Assembly (NCBI GenBank): GCA_951406725.2
Contig: OX597837.1
Coordinates: forward strand, 5,332,001 to 5,396,000
Length of the DNA: 64,000 nucleotides
Reading direction: 5' to 3'
Source of the DNA: Octopus vulgaris
Taxonomy: Eukaryota
The translations under genes and the position numbers were made by a program. Below the pieces are notes generated by a model. It had not been told where the DNA came from. It did not search any database and saw nothing but the letters and a program-made list of their open reading frames with translations. Within the stretch, counting starts at the first letter, position 1. Every line of letters starts with the position of its first letter. Below, one piece after another: positions 1-14,092 of this stretch.

Positions 1-276
1 TGAAAGCCTTGAGCTAAAATAATATATAACAGCCATCGGTTATGATTATGCTTGAGTTTCAAATAGTCCCAGAAACCTATATTTGATCGATTACCCATAC
101 ATTGTTGCATTTCTAATAACTTTCATTGATTTTTATCTGACACTGAGTTATCGACCGCTACCGTTTTTATCGTAGATTTTTACAGGAGTGAACGACAAAG
201 CCAATACACACGCGCACATACACACTTATAACTCATACAGATATGCACACAAATACACATACGAAGACACACAGAG

Positions 277-386
<110 letters not shown>

Positions 387-709
387 CAAATATACACGTG
401 CAGACACACAAATGTATCCAGGTATTGATTTTTCGTTTATTGTTTCACAAATTCCTTATTGCTCGGCAATCGATTCTCTTCTTCATTCCTCCTACTGTCA
501 CTTGTATTTATCTTATCTCTATCTCGTTCCGTTCTCTATTCCTCTCCCACCTGTACATATACATGTATATGTATGCATATACATATATATATACACTCAC
601 AGCCATGCATATACGTAAACACAAACACCACAGACATACGTATATAGACCTACTTCTCAAACTTATGTGGCTGTGTAATAAGTTGGTTGTCTAGTTGTTC
701 TGATTGCTT

Positions 710-779
<70 letters not shown>

Positions 780-794
780 CATATGTATATATAC

Positions 795-868
<74 letters not shown>

Positions 869-940
869 CAAACACATACACACACATATATATATATATT
901 TATATTTAGATATATAGACACGTATGTGCGCATATATTAC

Positions 941-983
<43 letters not shown>

Positions 984-1047
984 CATACATACATGCATAT
1001 ATATATATATATATATATACACATACATATATACATATACATATATA

Positions 1048-1127
<80 letters not shown>

Positions 1128-1429
1128 AGTCTACTTTGGTTTTTCGGTTAGCTATTATTAATGTATTGTTATCTTTTATCACTCTCCTATTGATTTTTTT
1201 TACCTCACATGAAAACACACATACACAGAGACACATACACACAGGCCACACACGTACAGAGACACACGGAGACACATACAAAACGCAACCGCATACAAAT
1301 ACACCCACATAATAACAGATTAATACATACCTATGCACATATCCTTCCCACATGCAGACACAGAAGATGTACAAACGTACTTTAACACACACACACACAC
1401 ACATACACACACACTCACACACACACACA

Positions 1430-1505
<76 letters not shown>

Positions 1506-2094
1506 ATCACAACCATACATACCATCCTCCTATTCTATTTCATGAGGCATGACAGAACTGTTGTCCAACAATTATTATAGTTGGCGCCTTTTATTCTCCT
1601 TACGTGACCCAAACGTTGGCTTTCATTTCACTAATATAATAGAGAAAGCCGCCATCGCGCTACAGGCTATGCAACATATATCCGTTTTTTCTCTCTCTTT
1701 ATTTCATCTTTTTTCTAACTCTTCGTTCGCTTTTTTCCCAATTCCTTCTTTTTGTTTAATTCATCTCTATTACTTCTTCATAAGTAACATAATACAGAAG
1801 GCCAACCACTGGGCCACAATCAACAAAACATATTTCGTTTTTCGTTGTTTCGTTTTCGGTTTTAATTTTTGTATTATTTCACTAGAAATCAAGATATTCC
1901 GTCTGACTTCCGTCTATGTCGTACTTTCGTTATATTTTCGTTTCGTTTTTGCTTTTTACTCCTGTTTTTTTTTATTTTTTACTATTACTTTTTTTCTTAC
2001 ATCGATCCATTGTTACATCGATCCATTGTTAATGTGTGGCTTTCAAGCAAAGATGATTACTATTGTATACACTTATTAGTTTTATTATCATTAC

Positions 2095-2161
<67 letters not shown>

Positions 2162-2700
2162 GTTATTGTTGTTGTTGTTGTTTTTGTTGTTATTATTATT
2201 ATCATTATTATTATTATTCTCATTGTTATTGGTATCATCATCATTCATTGCGTATAGCATTCACTGCCGGTTCGACTGGAGTAAGCAGTAAATATTTATA
2301 GTATTGTGTTGAATACTAAGAACATAACGATGAATGAACGAAGATATAAGTAAATAAACAAACAACCAAATAAATAAATAAATAAAAGGCTGCAGGATTT
2401 AATATTTTCTGAATGGCTTAGTCAGCACCTGTGACCTTATTAAAGTTCTTCCGAGAGGTTTCTGAGAATGGAGGGGAAGGGGAAGAGGAAGAGGAAGGGG
2501 AAGGGGAAGGGGAGGAGGGTTGTTCTTAGACAAGAGACTCTACATCCAACCTGAATTCTCGCATCTAACTAGATTCCTCAGGTAGTCGTGTTCAACATAA
2601 GTCTGACGCCCAACAGGATGTAGATTTGAATATACATAAATATACATGTACACACACAGACACACACAGACAAACACAGACACACACAGACACAGACACA

Positions 2701-2738
<38 letters not shown>

Positions 2739-2863
2739 TTTTACCGGTGAGTGTGTTAAAATATAAGGCAGCAAAAGATAATGACTCTCCCCAGACACAA
2801 TAGTACATAAATATACATGTATATGTTTATATATATATATATATATATAAACATATGTATATG

Positions 2864-2914
<51 letters not shown>

Positions 2915-2919
2915 ATATG

Positions 2920-2992
<73 letters not shown>

Positions 2993-3001
2993 ATATACAT
3001 A

Positions 3002-3077
<76 letters not shown>

Positions 3078-3586
3078 TATGTATATGTTTATATATATAT
3101 ATAAATGAATAAGATCTTTTTTAAAATGGTTAATTGTAGATCCTATTTCCGGCTTAGGGTTGTAAAACCACTTGCTATCATCAGTGCAATATGCCAAAGT
3201 ATATAGATGCAAATATTTATGCATAACCATACGAACAACATATATCGCACGATTATATACATGCATTTACATATATACACTTTCATTTCAACCACGTGCT
3301 TTTTACGATCAGAATAATATCGTAGCGAATGTAATTTGATCAGGAGTAAAAAAATATATATTTGTACAAAATTAAGGATAATACCATTTTAATGATTTTA
3401 TCAACTGGCCAGTGTGTAATAAAACCGTACAGTGTCGATGTGGTTTTTAGAGCCATTTGTCGTCTATTTCTAGCGTGTTGGTGAGATTTATCCGTACCGT
3501 TTAATCTAATTATATCATACAATTAGATATTAGCTACCTGTATGGTTATATTACAATCTGACCATTTGATAAAATTATTAAAATCG

Positions 3587-3632
<46 letters not shown>

Positions 3633-4249
3633 AAACATCCATCATTTGTTCTTTCTTTGGGGCCTCAGCTGTTGATGGAGTCGTAGGGGGTGCGAAACAG
3701 TATGTGTGCTAGCTGTTTTAAACCACTGGGATTTTAGAGAGAGAAAGAGAGAGGTAGAATAAGACAGAGAGAGAGAAAGAGAAAGAGAGAGAGTGAGTGA
3801 GTAAAAGAGAGGAAGACAGAGAAGAATGTGATTGAAAGAGAATGATATGGGGGTATGAGGTGAAAGGGGGCAAGGTATGGAAAGGAGAGAGAAAGAAGGG
3901 AATGTATATGTGTGAGAGAGTGAGAAGAACAGAGATGGGGAGAGAGAGAGAAAAGTGTGTGTGTGTGTGAGAGAGAGAGTGAGAAAGGGAGAGATTGGTA
4001 TTGTATCCAACGGTTAAGCGACCATTGTCAACTTACGGACGTTTATACATTGTTTATAGCTTGGTTACTTCTCATAATAGAAATATTAAGATTTGATGAG
4101 CGGTTCGAGGACCGCGACCACTGTAACAACAACAGTATCGACAACAAAACAGCAGCCGCAGCAGCAGCAACAACAACAATAACACCACAAACACAAAATC
4201 TACGACAATAACTTCAACAACAACAAGACGAAAACCAAGAACAATATTG

Positions 4250-4415
4250 GTTTCACAGTTTGGTACAAGGGCGGCAATTCCCAGGGAAGTAGTAAGACGA
4301 TTAGATCGATCCCAGTGCTCAGCTGGTACTTATTTTATCGTCCCCAAAGGAATGAAAAGGGTAGAATTTGAACTCAGAACGGAAAGTCGGGAAGAAACGC
4401 CGCCAAGCATTTTGT
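4250..4415 (-). mobile_element. tRNA-derived SINE, family B (partial)
   Basis: Reverse complement matches the copies at 25549-25782 and 39070-39232 (GAGTTCAAATT B-box region, AAGTACCAG segment). Confidence 0.7.
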
Positions 4416-4429
4416 TGGGCGGAGGAGTA

Positions 4430-4550
4430 CAGCAGGGTTCGCCACCCCCCATGCCGGAGCATCGTGGGGCTTTAGGTGTTTTCGCTCAATAAACACACAC
4501 ATTATACCCTGTCTGGGAATTCAAACCGGATCCTCCGACCACTAGCACCA
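4430..4550 (-). mobile_element. tRNA-derived SINE, family C, 5' portion
   Basis: TTTTCGCTCAATAAACACAC...GGGAATTCAAACCGGATCCTCCGACC is shared with the copies at 24715-24900 and 48060-48197. Confidence 0.65.
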
Positions 4551-4552
4551 CT

Positions 4553-5300
4553 AGCACCCCTGCCACTACCCAACACCAGCACCTTCGCCACCGCCGTCAT
4601 ACCATCACTACCACCACTCCAAAACTGCCACCACCGCCACCACGACGACCACCGATGCCCGTCGCCGCCAACACCACCACCGCCACCCTCATCGTCACCG
4701 CCACCGCCACCACTACCAGCACCACCACCACCACCACCATCACTACCACCACCACCACCACCACCACCACCACCACCACCACCACTACCACCATCACAAC
4801 CACCACCACTACCACCATCACTACCACCGTCATTACCACCACAACCACAGTTGCCACCACAATACCACTACTCCAAAACTGCCACCACCACCACCACCAC
4901 CACCACCACTACACCACTCTCACCACCACTACAACGACGACCACCGCTGACGTCGCTGCCAATACCACTGCCACCATCACCGCCACCATCACCACTAGCA
5001 CCCCTGCCACTACCACCACCGTTATCACCACTGCCACCACACTACCTCCACTCACTGCCACCACACTACCTCCACTCCAAATCTGCCATCACCACCACCA
5101 CCACCGCAACCACCACTACCACGACGACCACCACCATCGCCGCCAACACCACCACCTCTAGCAACACTGGCCCCACTAGCACCACTAACACCACCACCAC
5201 CACAACCACCACCACCACCACCATCACCACTACAACCACCACCGTTATTACCACCACTGCCACCACACTACCTCCACTACCAAAACTACCGCCTCCACCA
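4553..5300. repeat. Compound (ACC/ACT)n low-complexity tract with internal re-duplications
   Basis: Imperfect trinucleotide repeat; variants of CCACTCCAAAACTGCCACCAC recur. It explains the poly-P/T/H ORFs. Confidence 0.85.
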
Positions 5301-6204
5301 CCACCATATTCCTCGAAGATTGATTTTTCTTCTTTCTTCCTTTTGCTATTTACGATATTCCGAAAATAAATGTTTTATAAATATCGCTCGTATATCCGTC
5401 CGTGAATTTTACACCAGAGTTTTAAATTTACTCCCAACTTTTAAAAACAAGATGATGTCATATCTGATATAACTACGGATAAACCGGAAACGTCTACACT
5501 TACTAAGAATAGAGCGGAAGTTTAGTTTGCTGGTTTGAGAAATTGTTTCTTGTCTCTTCCTTTTCCTCTCTCCGCCTTTTCTGTTCTGTTCTGTTCTGGA
5601 CAAATATGAAAATACGACATCAAATGGCTGAAAATAAATTAAGCTGTTGTTTAGCCCACGGTCATTCCTTGTCGAAGAGAATTTGTTAAAAGGCATTTCG
5701 GTTTTCACAATCCTGTCTTTGTATAATTTTCTTTTGGCCAGACATTGTAACTGAACAACGTTATTTTATTCGTCCTTCTAGTCTTAAGACGAGAGTGTGA
5801 AATGTGGAATATTTAGCTACTCTTTCTGCTTTGTTGAGCGACGGTGTAGAGATATTCTTCACGGTTTATATCATAACTTAAACCCTCGAAAGCAAAATTA
5901 TCGTGGCGTAGAGAACAAGATTTTAATTAATCAAATCTTGGTGTTGGTTTTATTCCAAATAGTACCCTTTCCACTTTAGCCCTATATATTTATATGGTCT
6001 ATTCGGAAAGCGAAGGTCAGCATCTGTACACTTTTTCTAGGGACTTCGAGACATATGAGATATATTAACAAAAATGAAGTAGATTGACAAATTTATATTT
6101 TGAACCAGTTGAAGACACAAAAGATGTCGAAATATCGTTCACTAGATAACAATGGCACTATTCTTTTAATTTTGATGTAAAAACCCCCCAGAAATAATGA
6201 TAAT

Positions 6205-6337
6205 ATGTGTTGCGCACACATAGTTGTGATGCATGCACCTGGTGTACCCTTATCAGACGTGTAGTCATTATGGGTATACTGGGCTTCGTACATTTTACCC
6301 CAGTGTCACTTTGATGGCATGCAATGCACTCTCACTC
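6205..6337 (+). mobile_element. 3' end of a non-autonomous (TAA)n-associated element
   Basis: GGTGTACCCTTATCAGAC...GGGTATACTGGGCTTCG...CAGTGTCACTTTGATGGCATG...CTCTCACTC followed directly by (AAT)n. The same sequence occurs at 29205, 30669, 39471 and 40901. Confidence 0.75.
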
Positions 6338-6395
<58 letters not shown>

Positions 6396-6752
6396 GTAAT
6401 AATAATAATAACAACACCAACAACAACGTAGGGATGTATTTCTGCTGAGAATCGTCACCCTTGTTATAGGAATTGCTTGCTAGCAATTCTAACAAGGTCC
6501 TCGGCTTTAACGTATTGTTATAATAGGAATCAATAGAAACTTGGGGAGATGAGCATTTCTTTATTTTTGAAAATCGAATTATAAGCGATGATATTCAGAT
6601 ACAGAATGTGTGGGACGCAAAGAAGAAAAGTAACAGAGAAGCCATATATATACACACACACACATATACATACATACATACATACATACATACATACATA
6701 CGTACATACATGCATACATACATACATACATATATATATATATGTATGTATG

Positions 6753-6783
<31 letters not shown>

Positions 6784-6807
6784 TCATACACAAATATGCT
6801 CATGTAA

Positions 6808-6850
<43 letters not shown>

Positions 6851-6968
6851 AAAATATATATGATAAAATATATATGCACATATATACATATATATATGAC
6901 GTATATAATATATATACATATTTTATATGATTATGCGTTGGTCGATATAATATATATATATATGTATG

Positions 6969-7000
<32 letters not shown>

Positions 7001-7002
7001 GT

Positions 7003-7075
<73 letters not shown>

Positions 7076-8496
7076 CATATATGTATGCATACAGATCGAG
7101 ATGAATACAATGAGAAGAAAGAAAGGAGGAAGAGGGACTGAGATAGACAAGACACCAGGGCTGCAAGGCATATATATGAAGCTGCCATTTTGTTTCCTCC
7201 TCTTCAGTCTCTACTTTTTTATTCTCATCTTTTATTTTTCGCCATTTTGTTTTTTTTTTCATTTTACTTATTATATTTTCATATTATCGTTCTAAATGAA
7301 TATTGGCACCATTCGTAAACCGAAACAAACGGCTGTTTCATTGGCTAATCTAATCTCATTTGTAGGCAATATTAAAATTGTTTCAACATTACGAACCACC
7401 AACGTGAAACTCCATTGTAATGAAGCGCCATTTTGCTTTATTTACATGGTTTGTTTTTTTTTTTTGCTCCCTTTGTATTTATTGCTTTTAATATTTCTAT
7501 TTCTCTTTTTTTTTTTTTGGGGGGGGGTGGGGGTGGAGTTATATCTTAGGAAACAACGAAATACTTTGCTTTACAAAAGCTTCCTACTATTGTTCTTTTG
7601 ATGGAAGGGGCATACAAATTGTAATTCCCCCCTCTTCTCTTTCTTGCCTCTTTTTCCCCAACAGTTTCTCCTTTTCTCACTCTTCTAGTAGCTCTCTCTC
7701 TCTCGATAAACACATACACACACACACACACACATATATATATACATACATATGTGTGTGTTTGTGTGTGGGTGTATATATGTATATACATATGTGTATA
7801 TATAAATATATATATATATGTGTGTATGTATGTATGTATGTATGTATATATATATATATATATATATATGATAAAATATATATATGCACAAAAATACATA
7901 TATATATATACGACGTATATAATATATATACATATTTTATATGAGTATGCGTTGGTCGATATAATATATATATAAATGTATGTATATATGTGTGTGTGTA
8001 TGTGTTTGTGTAGTGGTAACAATTTCTTTAATCCAGTTAATTATTATCTCACGGCATTTTCGTGCTTTTCTTTCATACTTGTTTTTTTTTTATTTCATTC
8101 TTTTTTATTGGAAAGTTTTCCATCACACACTCACTGTGCTGACATTTAAAAAAAAAACTTTAATAAGCATCATCATCACCACCGCCATCATCATCATTAT
8201 CGTCGTGGTCGGTGTTTTTCTTGCCATTATTGTTATAATTTAATTAATTAAAAATGAATAAGAAGAAATGAAGCTGGTTTGCGGAATTGCAATAATTTTA
8301 TTGTGTCCTTTTACATTTCACGTTCAAATTGAACATATATATCTAAGCCTTTTATCCCTCTGGGACCAAAACAGCAAGTAGTAGTTGGTCGGAACTAAAA
8401 ATAAGGATTCAAATAGAAGTTTACCGCTGAAATTGTAATTCTTCCTTTTCTCTTTCTTGCCTCTTGTTCACCACCAGCTTTCAGCTTCAGTCTACC

Positions 8497-9141
8497 AAAT
8501 CCACTAACAAGGCTTTGGTTGGCCCGAGGCTAATGTAGAAGACACTTGCCCAAGGAGCCACGCAGTGGGACTGAACCCGGTACCGTGAGTACGATGTCAT
8601 ATCAAATCCACTGACAAGGCTTTGGTCGGCCCGAGGCTATAGTAGAAGACACTTGCCCAAGGTGCCACGCAGTGGGATTGAACACGAAACCATGTGTGTG
8701 ATGTCATATTAAATCCACTCACAAAGCTTTGGTCGACCTGAGGCTATAGTAGAAGACACTTGTCCAAGGTGCCACGCAGTGGGACAGAACCCGAAACCAT
8801 GTGTGTGATGTCATATCAAATCCACTCACAAGGCTTTGGTCGTCCCGAGGCTATAGTAGAAGACACTTGCCCAAGGTGCCACGCAGTGGGACTGAACACG
8901 AAACCATGTGTGTGATGTCATATTAAATCCACTCACAAGGCTTTGGTCGACCCGAGGCTATAGTAGAAGACACTTGCCCAAGGTGCCACGCAGTGGGACT
9001 GAACCCGGAACCATGAGTGTGATGTCATATCAAATCCACCTACAAGGCTTTGGTCGGCCCGAGGCTATAGTAGAAGATACTTTCCCAAGGTGCCACGCAG
9101 TGGGACTGAACCCGGAACCAGATGTGTGATGTCATATCAAG
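8497..9141 (-). repeat. Six-unit 107-bp tandem array derived from the body of SINE family A
   Basis: AAATCCAC starts at 8497, 8604, 8711, 8818, 8925 and 9032 (exact 107-bp spacing). The unit is the reverse complement of the interior of the SINE at 10326-10490 plus a GTGATGTCATAT linker. Confidence 0.9.
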
Positions 9142-10222
9142 AACCCCGATTTAATTTACTTGGAGAAAAGATTCCATAAGACTTTTGGTAGAATGCAAGA
9201 GGGTCAAGTTTCAAAGTTGCGGTAGCACTAGCGAGATACAATCCCCTTCTTTTTTCTTTCCGCAAGTGATGAACACCATAGTTCACAAGTTATATCTGGT
9301 ACTTTAAGGAACAGCTGCAAACTACCTCATCAGGAGAATCGAGAAAATTTCAGACCTTACATAAACGGTAGCAATAGATATGGGTTCTGAAGCGTAAAGA
9401 ATATGATTATTCTAAAGAACTTCCAGTAACCTGGCTCTTAACCGGAGATGTTCGGCATCTGTCCACACTACACTAAATACATTTTAAAGTATTGGTTTCA
9501 TCCAACATAATAATGGTAACATATTCGGTGGTACCAATAAGTGTTGCTCTGCAACAGAACATTAGTTAACGTTTTCCCACTAAATCTCTTTTCACTAATT
9601 TTTACCAATTTTTCATTATATATTTTAAGAAATCCTGCTCTAACTTGTTTTCAATGACCAAGTTTCTTTGTTAGCTGGGGACACCAATTTTTGAATTTTT
9701 CATATTAATTTCCATTCATTTTTATTAATTTATATTAAAATATTTTTTTTATCAATTTTTAAAATTAATTTCTGTATTTTGCAATATTTCGCTATTTTTA
9801 ATAATTTTTCATTACTGTGTTACTCGAATAATTTATTCTGCCTTCCCGTTTTAATTACAAAATTTATTGCTATTATTTTAGTTGACCTGGCAAGCAAGAT
9901 TACTCAAAGTTAACCCTGCGTGCCAATACCGCTAAATTTATACCCGCTCCACAACTAATGTAGATATTAAATAATGTTTTTCTCAAAAGGGCAGAAGTAA
10001 AACGATTCTTTACATAACGGCAAGTCATAGAGGATTGCATTAAAGTATGTCTGACAATTTTAGACCGAATCGTCGTAGTGATATTAAAACAATGTAATAC
10101 AAGTATTACCTGCATTTTGTCTGAAATTCAGAGTTAATAAACATACACATACATACATACATACATACATATATACATACATACATAATACATACATGCA
10201 TACATACATACATACATACATT

Positions 10223-10260
<38 letters not shown>

Positions 10261-10325
10261 CAAACATACATACATACATACATACATACATACATACATA
10301 CATACATACATACATAATACATACA

Positions 10326-10490
10326 GGCGCAGGAGTGGCTGTGTGGTAAGTAGCTTCCTTACCAACCACATGGTTCCGGTTTCAGTCCCATTGCGTGACA
10401 CCTTGGGCAAGTGTCTTCTACTATAGCCTCGGTCCGACCAAAGCCTTGTGAGTGCATTTGGTAAACGGAAATCGAAAGAAACCCGTCGTA
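10326..10490 (+). mobile_element. tRNA-derived SINE, family A, near full length
   Basis: A-box-like TGGCTGTGTGG, B-box-like G(T)TTCAGTCC, core CACCTTGGGCAAGTGTCTT; ends in (TA)n. Confidence 0.8.
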
Positions 10491-10658
10491 TATATGTATA
10501 TATATATATATGTCTGTGTGTGTGTTTATGGTTTGAGTACAACGTTCCCATATGATAGGTTTGAAATTGTAAAGAGATCCCGCTCACGTGAAACCATTGG
10601 TTGCTTGCTAACCCAGAAATAAAGAATATTCATCTACCGATGCGCTTTGAGCACTCAT

Positions 10659-10706
<48 letters not shown>

Positions 10707-10738
10707 ATAATACATGTATATATATACATATGTATAAA

Positions 10739-10847
<109 letters not shown>

Positions 10848-11513
10848 ATAGATATACACACACATGTATACAAATATTTATATAGATATAGATACAACAT
10901 ATACAAACGCCCATACACACAAACGCCCATACACATAAATAGCACAGCCAAATTCTTATTTTCATTTTATTTCTTAAAAGTCTCTCTGTCTGCCTCTCCA
11001 CCGCCTCTCTTTCATTTTCGTCTCCACTGAAAAGAAAAGAGCGGATATTAATAATACGATTGGTTGTAAAATAATGGGTTGCGTAATAACTTCAAGGGGA
11101 GGTAAGAAAGAATGGAATATTCTGTGCTGCTGGATAAAATTGGAAACAAATGACAACGTTGAATAATCGGCAAGATTTAATGATAGCAGTTCAATAATAT
11201 TGATCAGCTACGAATATTTTCGTCAGTCTATTATGTATTGTTACATTTGAACTTGTATTTTCGGGTTGGACGTTCGTTATTCATCGCCGTCGTCATCGTT
11301 GTCTCACGTCGTCGTCGTCTTCTTCTTCTTCTTCTTCTTCTTCTTCTTCTTCTTCTTCTTCTTCTTCTTCTTCTTCTTCTTCTTCTTCTTCTTCTTCTTC
11401 TTCTTCTTCTTCTTCTTCTTCTTCTTCTTCTTCTTCTTCATTTTCTTGTTGTTGTTGCTGTTGTCTTTCTGTTACCAATGTCATAGCCTTGATCACAACC
11501 ACCACCACCACCA

Positions 11514-11547
<34 letters not shown>

Positions 11548-11594
11548 GATGCTATAATTTTTAATATTATAGCTGTTAGCGTTATTATTTTTAC

Positions 11595-11681
<87 letters not shown>

Positions 11682-12237
11682 TATTATTACTATCATAATC
11701 ATCATCATCATAATCATCATCATCATCATCATCATTATTATTATTATTATTATTATTATTGGGATTGTTAGAGGTGTATTTGTCTTTTCTTCTCTGTTCT
11801 GTTCCGTTTACCATTCTGTAACAGTTCCGTTACCATTCCGTTACCGTTCTGACTAATTCCGTTCTGCAATTCTTTTCTTTTCTCTCTACCAAACCGACAG
11901 ATTTTATTTCTGGAATTGGCACAGACAATCTTGGAATAATCATTTTGATTGTATGAACGCAGTCGAATTTGATATTTTAAAACATATACTTAGACACACA
12001 CAAACAGAGACACACATACACGCACAAACACATACGCACACATATATATATATAAGTATATACGTATACATACATGCATATATACATATATACATACATA
12101 TATATATATATATATCCATATGTACATAGATATTCATGCATATACGCATATATACATATGTACATGCTTACATAATATTCTCAAATTATATATGTACGCA
12201 GTTACATATGTGTGGTTGTGTGTATAAATAGGTATGT

Positions 12238-12272
<35 letters not shown>

Positions 12273-12653
12273 CACCTTATTCTTTTGTTCTTTTACTGTG
12301 TTTCAGTCATTTGACTGCGGCCATGCTGGGGCATCTCTTGAGGAGTTCAGTGTAACTAATCGCTCCTAGCTAATATTTATTGTTTTTCACAGGAAGGGGA
12401 CAACACAAGGATATAAAATCACGCTGAAACACACGCATACACACACACACATACACACGCATATATATATACGATGACTTTCCGCATAAATTCTGCCTAC
12501 CAAGATTAATCTTTAAGAACGCACGCACACACACATACACGCGCGCACACAGATATACACGCGCGTACACACATACGCATGTATACACTGATGCATAAAT
12601 GAATGCATAGCTGGCTGAATGAGTACAGTAAAAACACCGTGGAGAGTGGGAAA

Positions 12654-12686
12654 GTTAACGTTTCGGAAACAGCTCTTCTTCAGGAT
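12654..12686 (-). ncRNA. Degenerate minimal hammerhead-like motif
   Basis: Minus strand ATC-CTGAAGA-AGAGCTGTTTCC-GAAACGTT-AAC. The core boxes are canonical, but helix I does not pair and helix II is weak. Confidence 0.3.
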
Positions 12687-13064
12687 AAATTTGACGAGAG
12701 GGAAATTAAAGTGAGACAGTTTGACACACACACACACACACATGCACACACACACCACACACACACACACACACACATATGTAAGGAGAACTTTTGGATG
12801 AAAATTCATAAATCCTTTAATTATTTATTGATTTCTATCCAAAAGTTCTCGTTATTACTATAACTATCCTACACCTTAGCAGCACCAGACTAATAACTAC
12901 CCAATAAAACTACTTGGGAAGTTGAGAATAATAAGCGATAGCTGTGATAAATAGCGTAGGAGCTTTTTATGGCTTCAAAAACGCATCACAGAAACGAACT
13001 TAAAAGATGTGCATACATACATATAAATATATATATATACATCTGTATATAATTATATATATGT

Positions 13065-13173
<109 letters not shown>

Positions 13174-13639
13174 TACATACCGCACGCACGTACATTTAGT
13201 ATGTAGCAAAAGGTAAAATGGAATAATAAATCGAGCCAGATGTCTTGATATCCTGAAAGCACTCAGTATTAATCGAATGGTTATCTAAATCAAGCAATCA
13301 AGTACCGATTAATTCCAATATAATTAACGTCGAAGGTAATTCCTAATATATTAGAAATGAATCGAAATATATGGATATATATTTGTATATGTGTATGTAT
13401 ACATCTAACATTTATACGTTTATATTTAAATTTAAACCAAACCTAATTTTGCGAAATTATCGTAAACGTAAGTTAACCGGAATGCTGAATTGACTGTAGA
13501 CTGGTTTTAGTTGTTGTTCTTAGATGGGACCTGGATACGAGGTAGAAATAAAACTTATGCACAACAGATATTAGTTTTATCGTTATTAATACAAAACTTA
13601 ACTAGTTTGAATGAATTTTCCGGTGAAAATCGTTTAAGT

Positions 13640-13795
13640 CTTGCCAAATTCTTAACATCTCTTGACATGAGAGAATAACCAAATGAAGAAGTCTATAGAA
13701 TGACTAAACAGACACTACTAAGCATCATAGTGAATGATTGTTGATTGAGGTTTCTTGGACATGTCTTTAAAACGCCATCAGCAAGTGGACCTCCA
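13640..13795 (+). pseudogene. Old RTE-like LINE ORF2 remnant (post-RT region)
   Basis: Translates, with two stops and one frameshift, as QILNIS*HERI / PNEEVYRMTKQTLLSIIVNDC*LRFLGHVFK. This resembles the ILxIxWxDxxxNEEV...RLRxxGHV signature of RTE-like ORF2. Confidence 0.6.
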
Positions 13796-13799
13796 TGTT

Positions 13800-14092
13800 A
13801 AAAAATCCTATCATATTTTCTCTTAAAATATCCTATTATATTTTCTTTTAAAAAAGTCCCATCCTATTTTCTTTGAAAAAATTCTATCATACTTTCTTTG
13901 AAAAAATCCTATATTTTCTCTTAAAATTTCCTATCATATTTTCTTTTAAAATATCTTATCATATTTTCTCATAAAATATCTTGTCATATTTTCTCTTAAA
14001 ATATCCTATCATATTTTCTTTCAAAAAATCATATCATATTTTCTCTTTAAAAATCCTATTATATTTTCTTTAAAAAAAAAATCTCATATTTT
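13800..14092. repeat. Degenerate ~24-bp AT-rich minisatellite (consensus AAAATATCCTATCATATTTTCTCTT), ~12 units
   Basis: Recurrent ATCCTATCATATTTTCT motif seen directly. Confidence 0.8.

Noticed and set aside
3135-3195. Minus-strand CTGATGA...GAAA hammerhead-like spacing
   Set aside because: Helix II does not pair convincingly and helix I has a mismatch next to the cleavage site.
4476-5369. Pro/Thr/His-rich mucin- or extensin-like ORFs
   Set aside because: All three frames are open across an (ACC)n tract, and the ORF starts inside a SINE. There is no domain or splice evidence.
8497-9141. CRISPR-like regular array
   Set aside because: Units are similar along their full length with no unique spacers, the context is eukaryotic, and the unit is SINE-derived.
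9300-9345. Minus-strand CTGATGA followed by a GGTA/TACC stem
   Set aside because: No GAAA after the stem.
10326-10400. tRNA genes at this and other A/B-box heads
   Set aside because: No complete cloverleaf is seen, and the heads run directly into SINE bodies.
12603-12863. Protein-like ORF segment NEYSKNTVESGKVNVSETALLQDKF
   Set aside because: It runs into (CA)n, has no clear splice sites, and overlaps a probable repeat remnant on the other strand.
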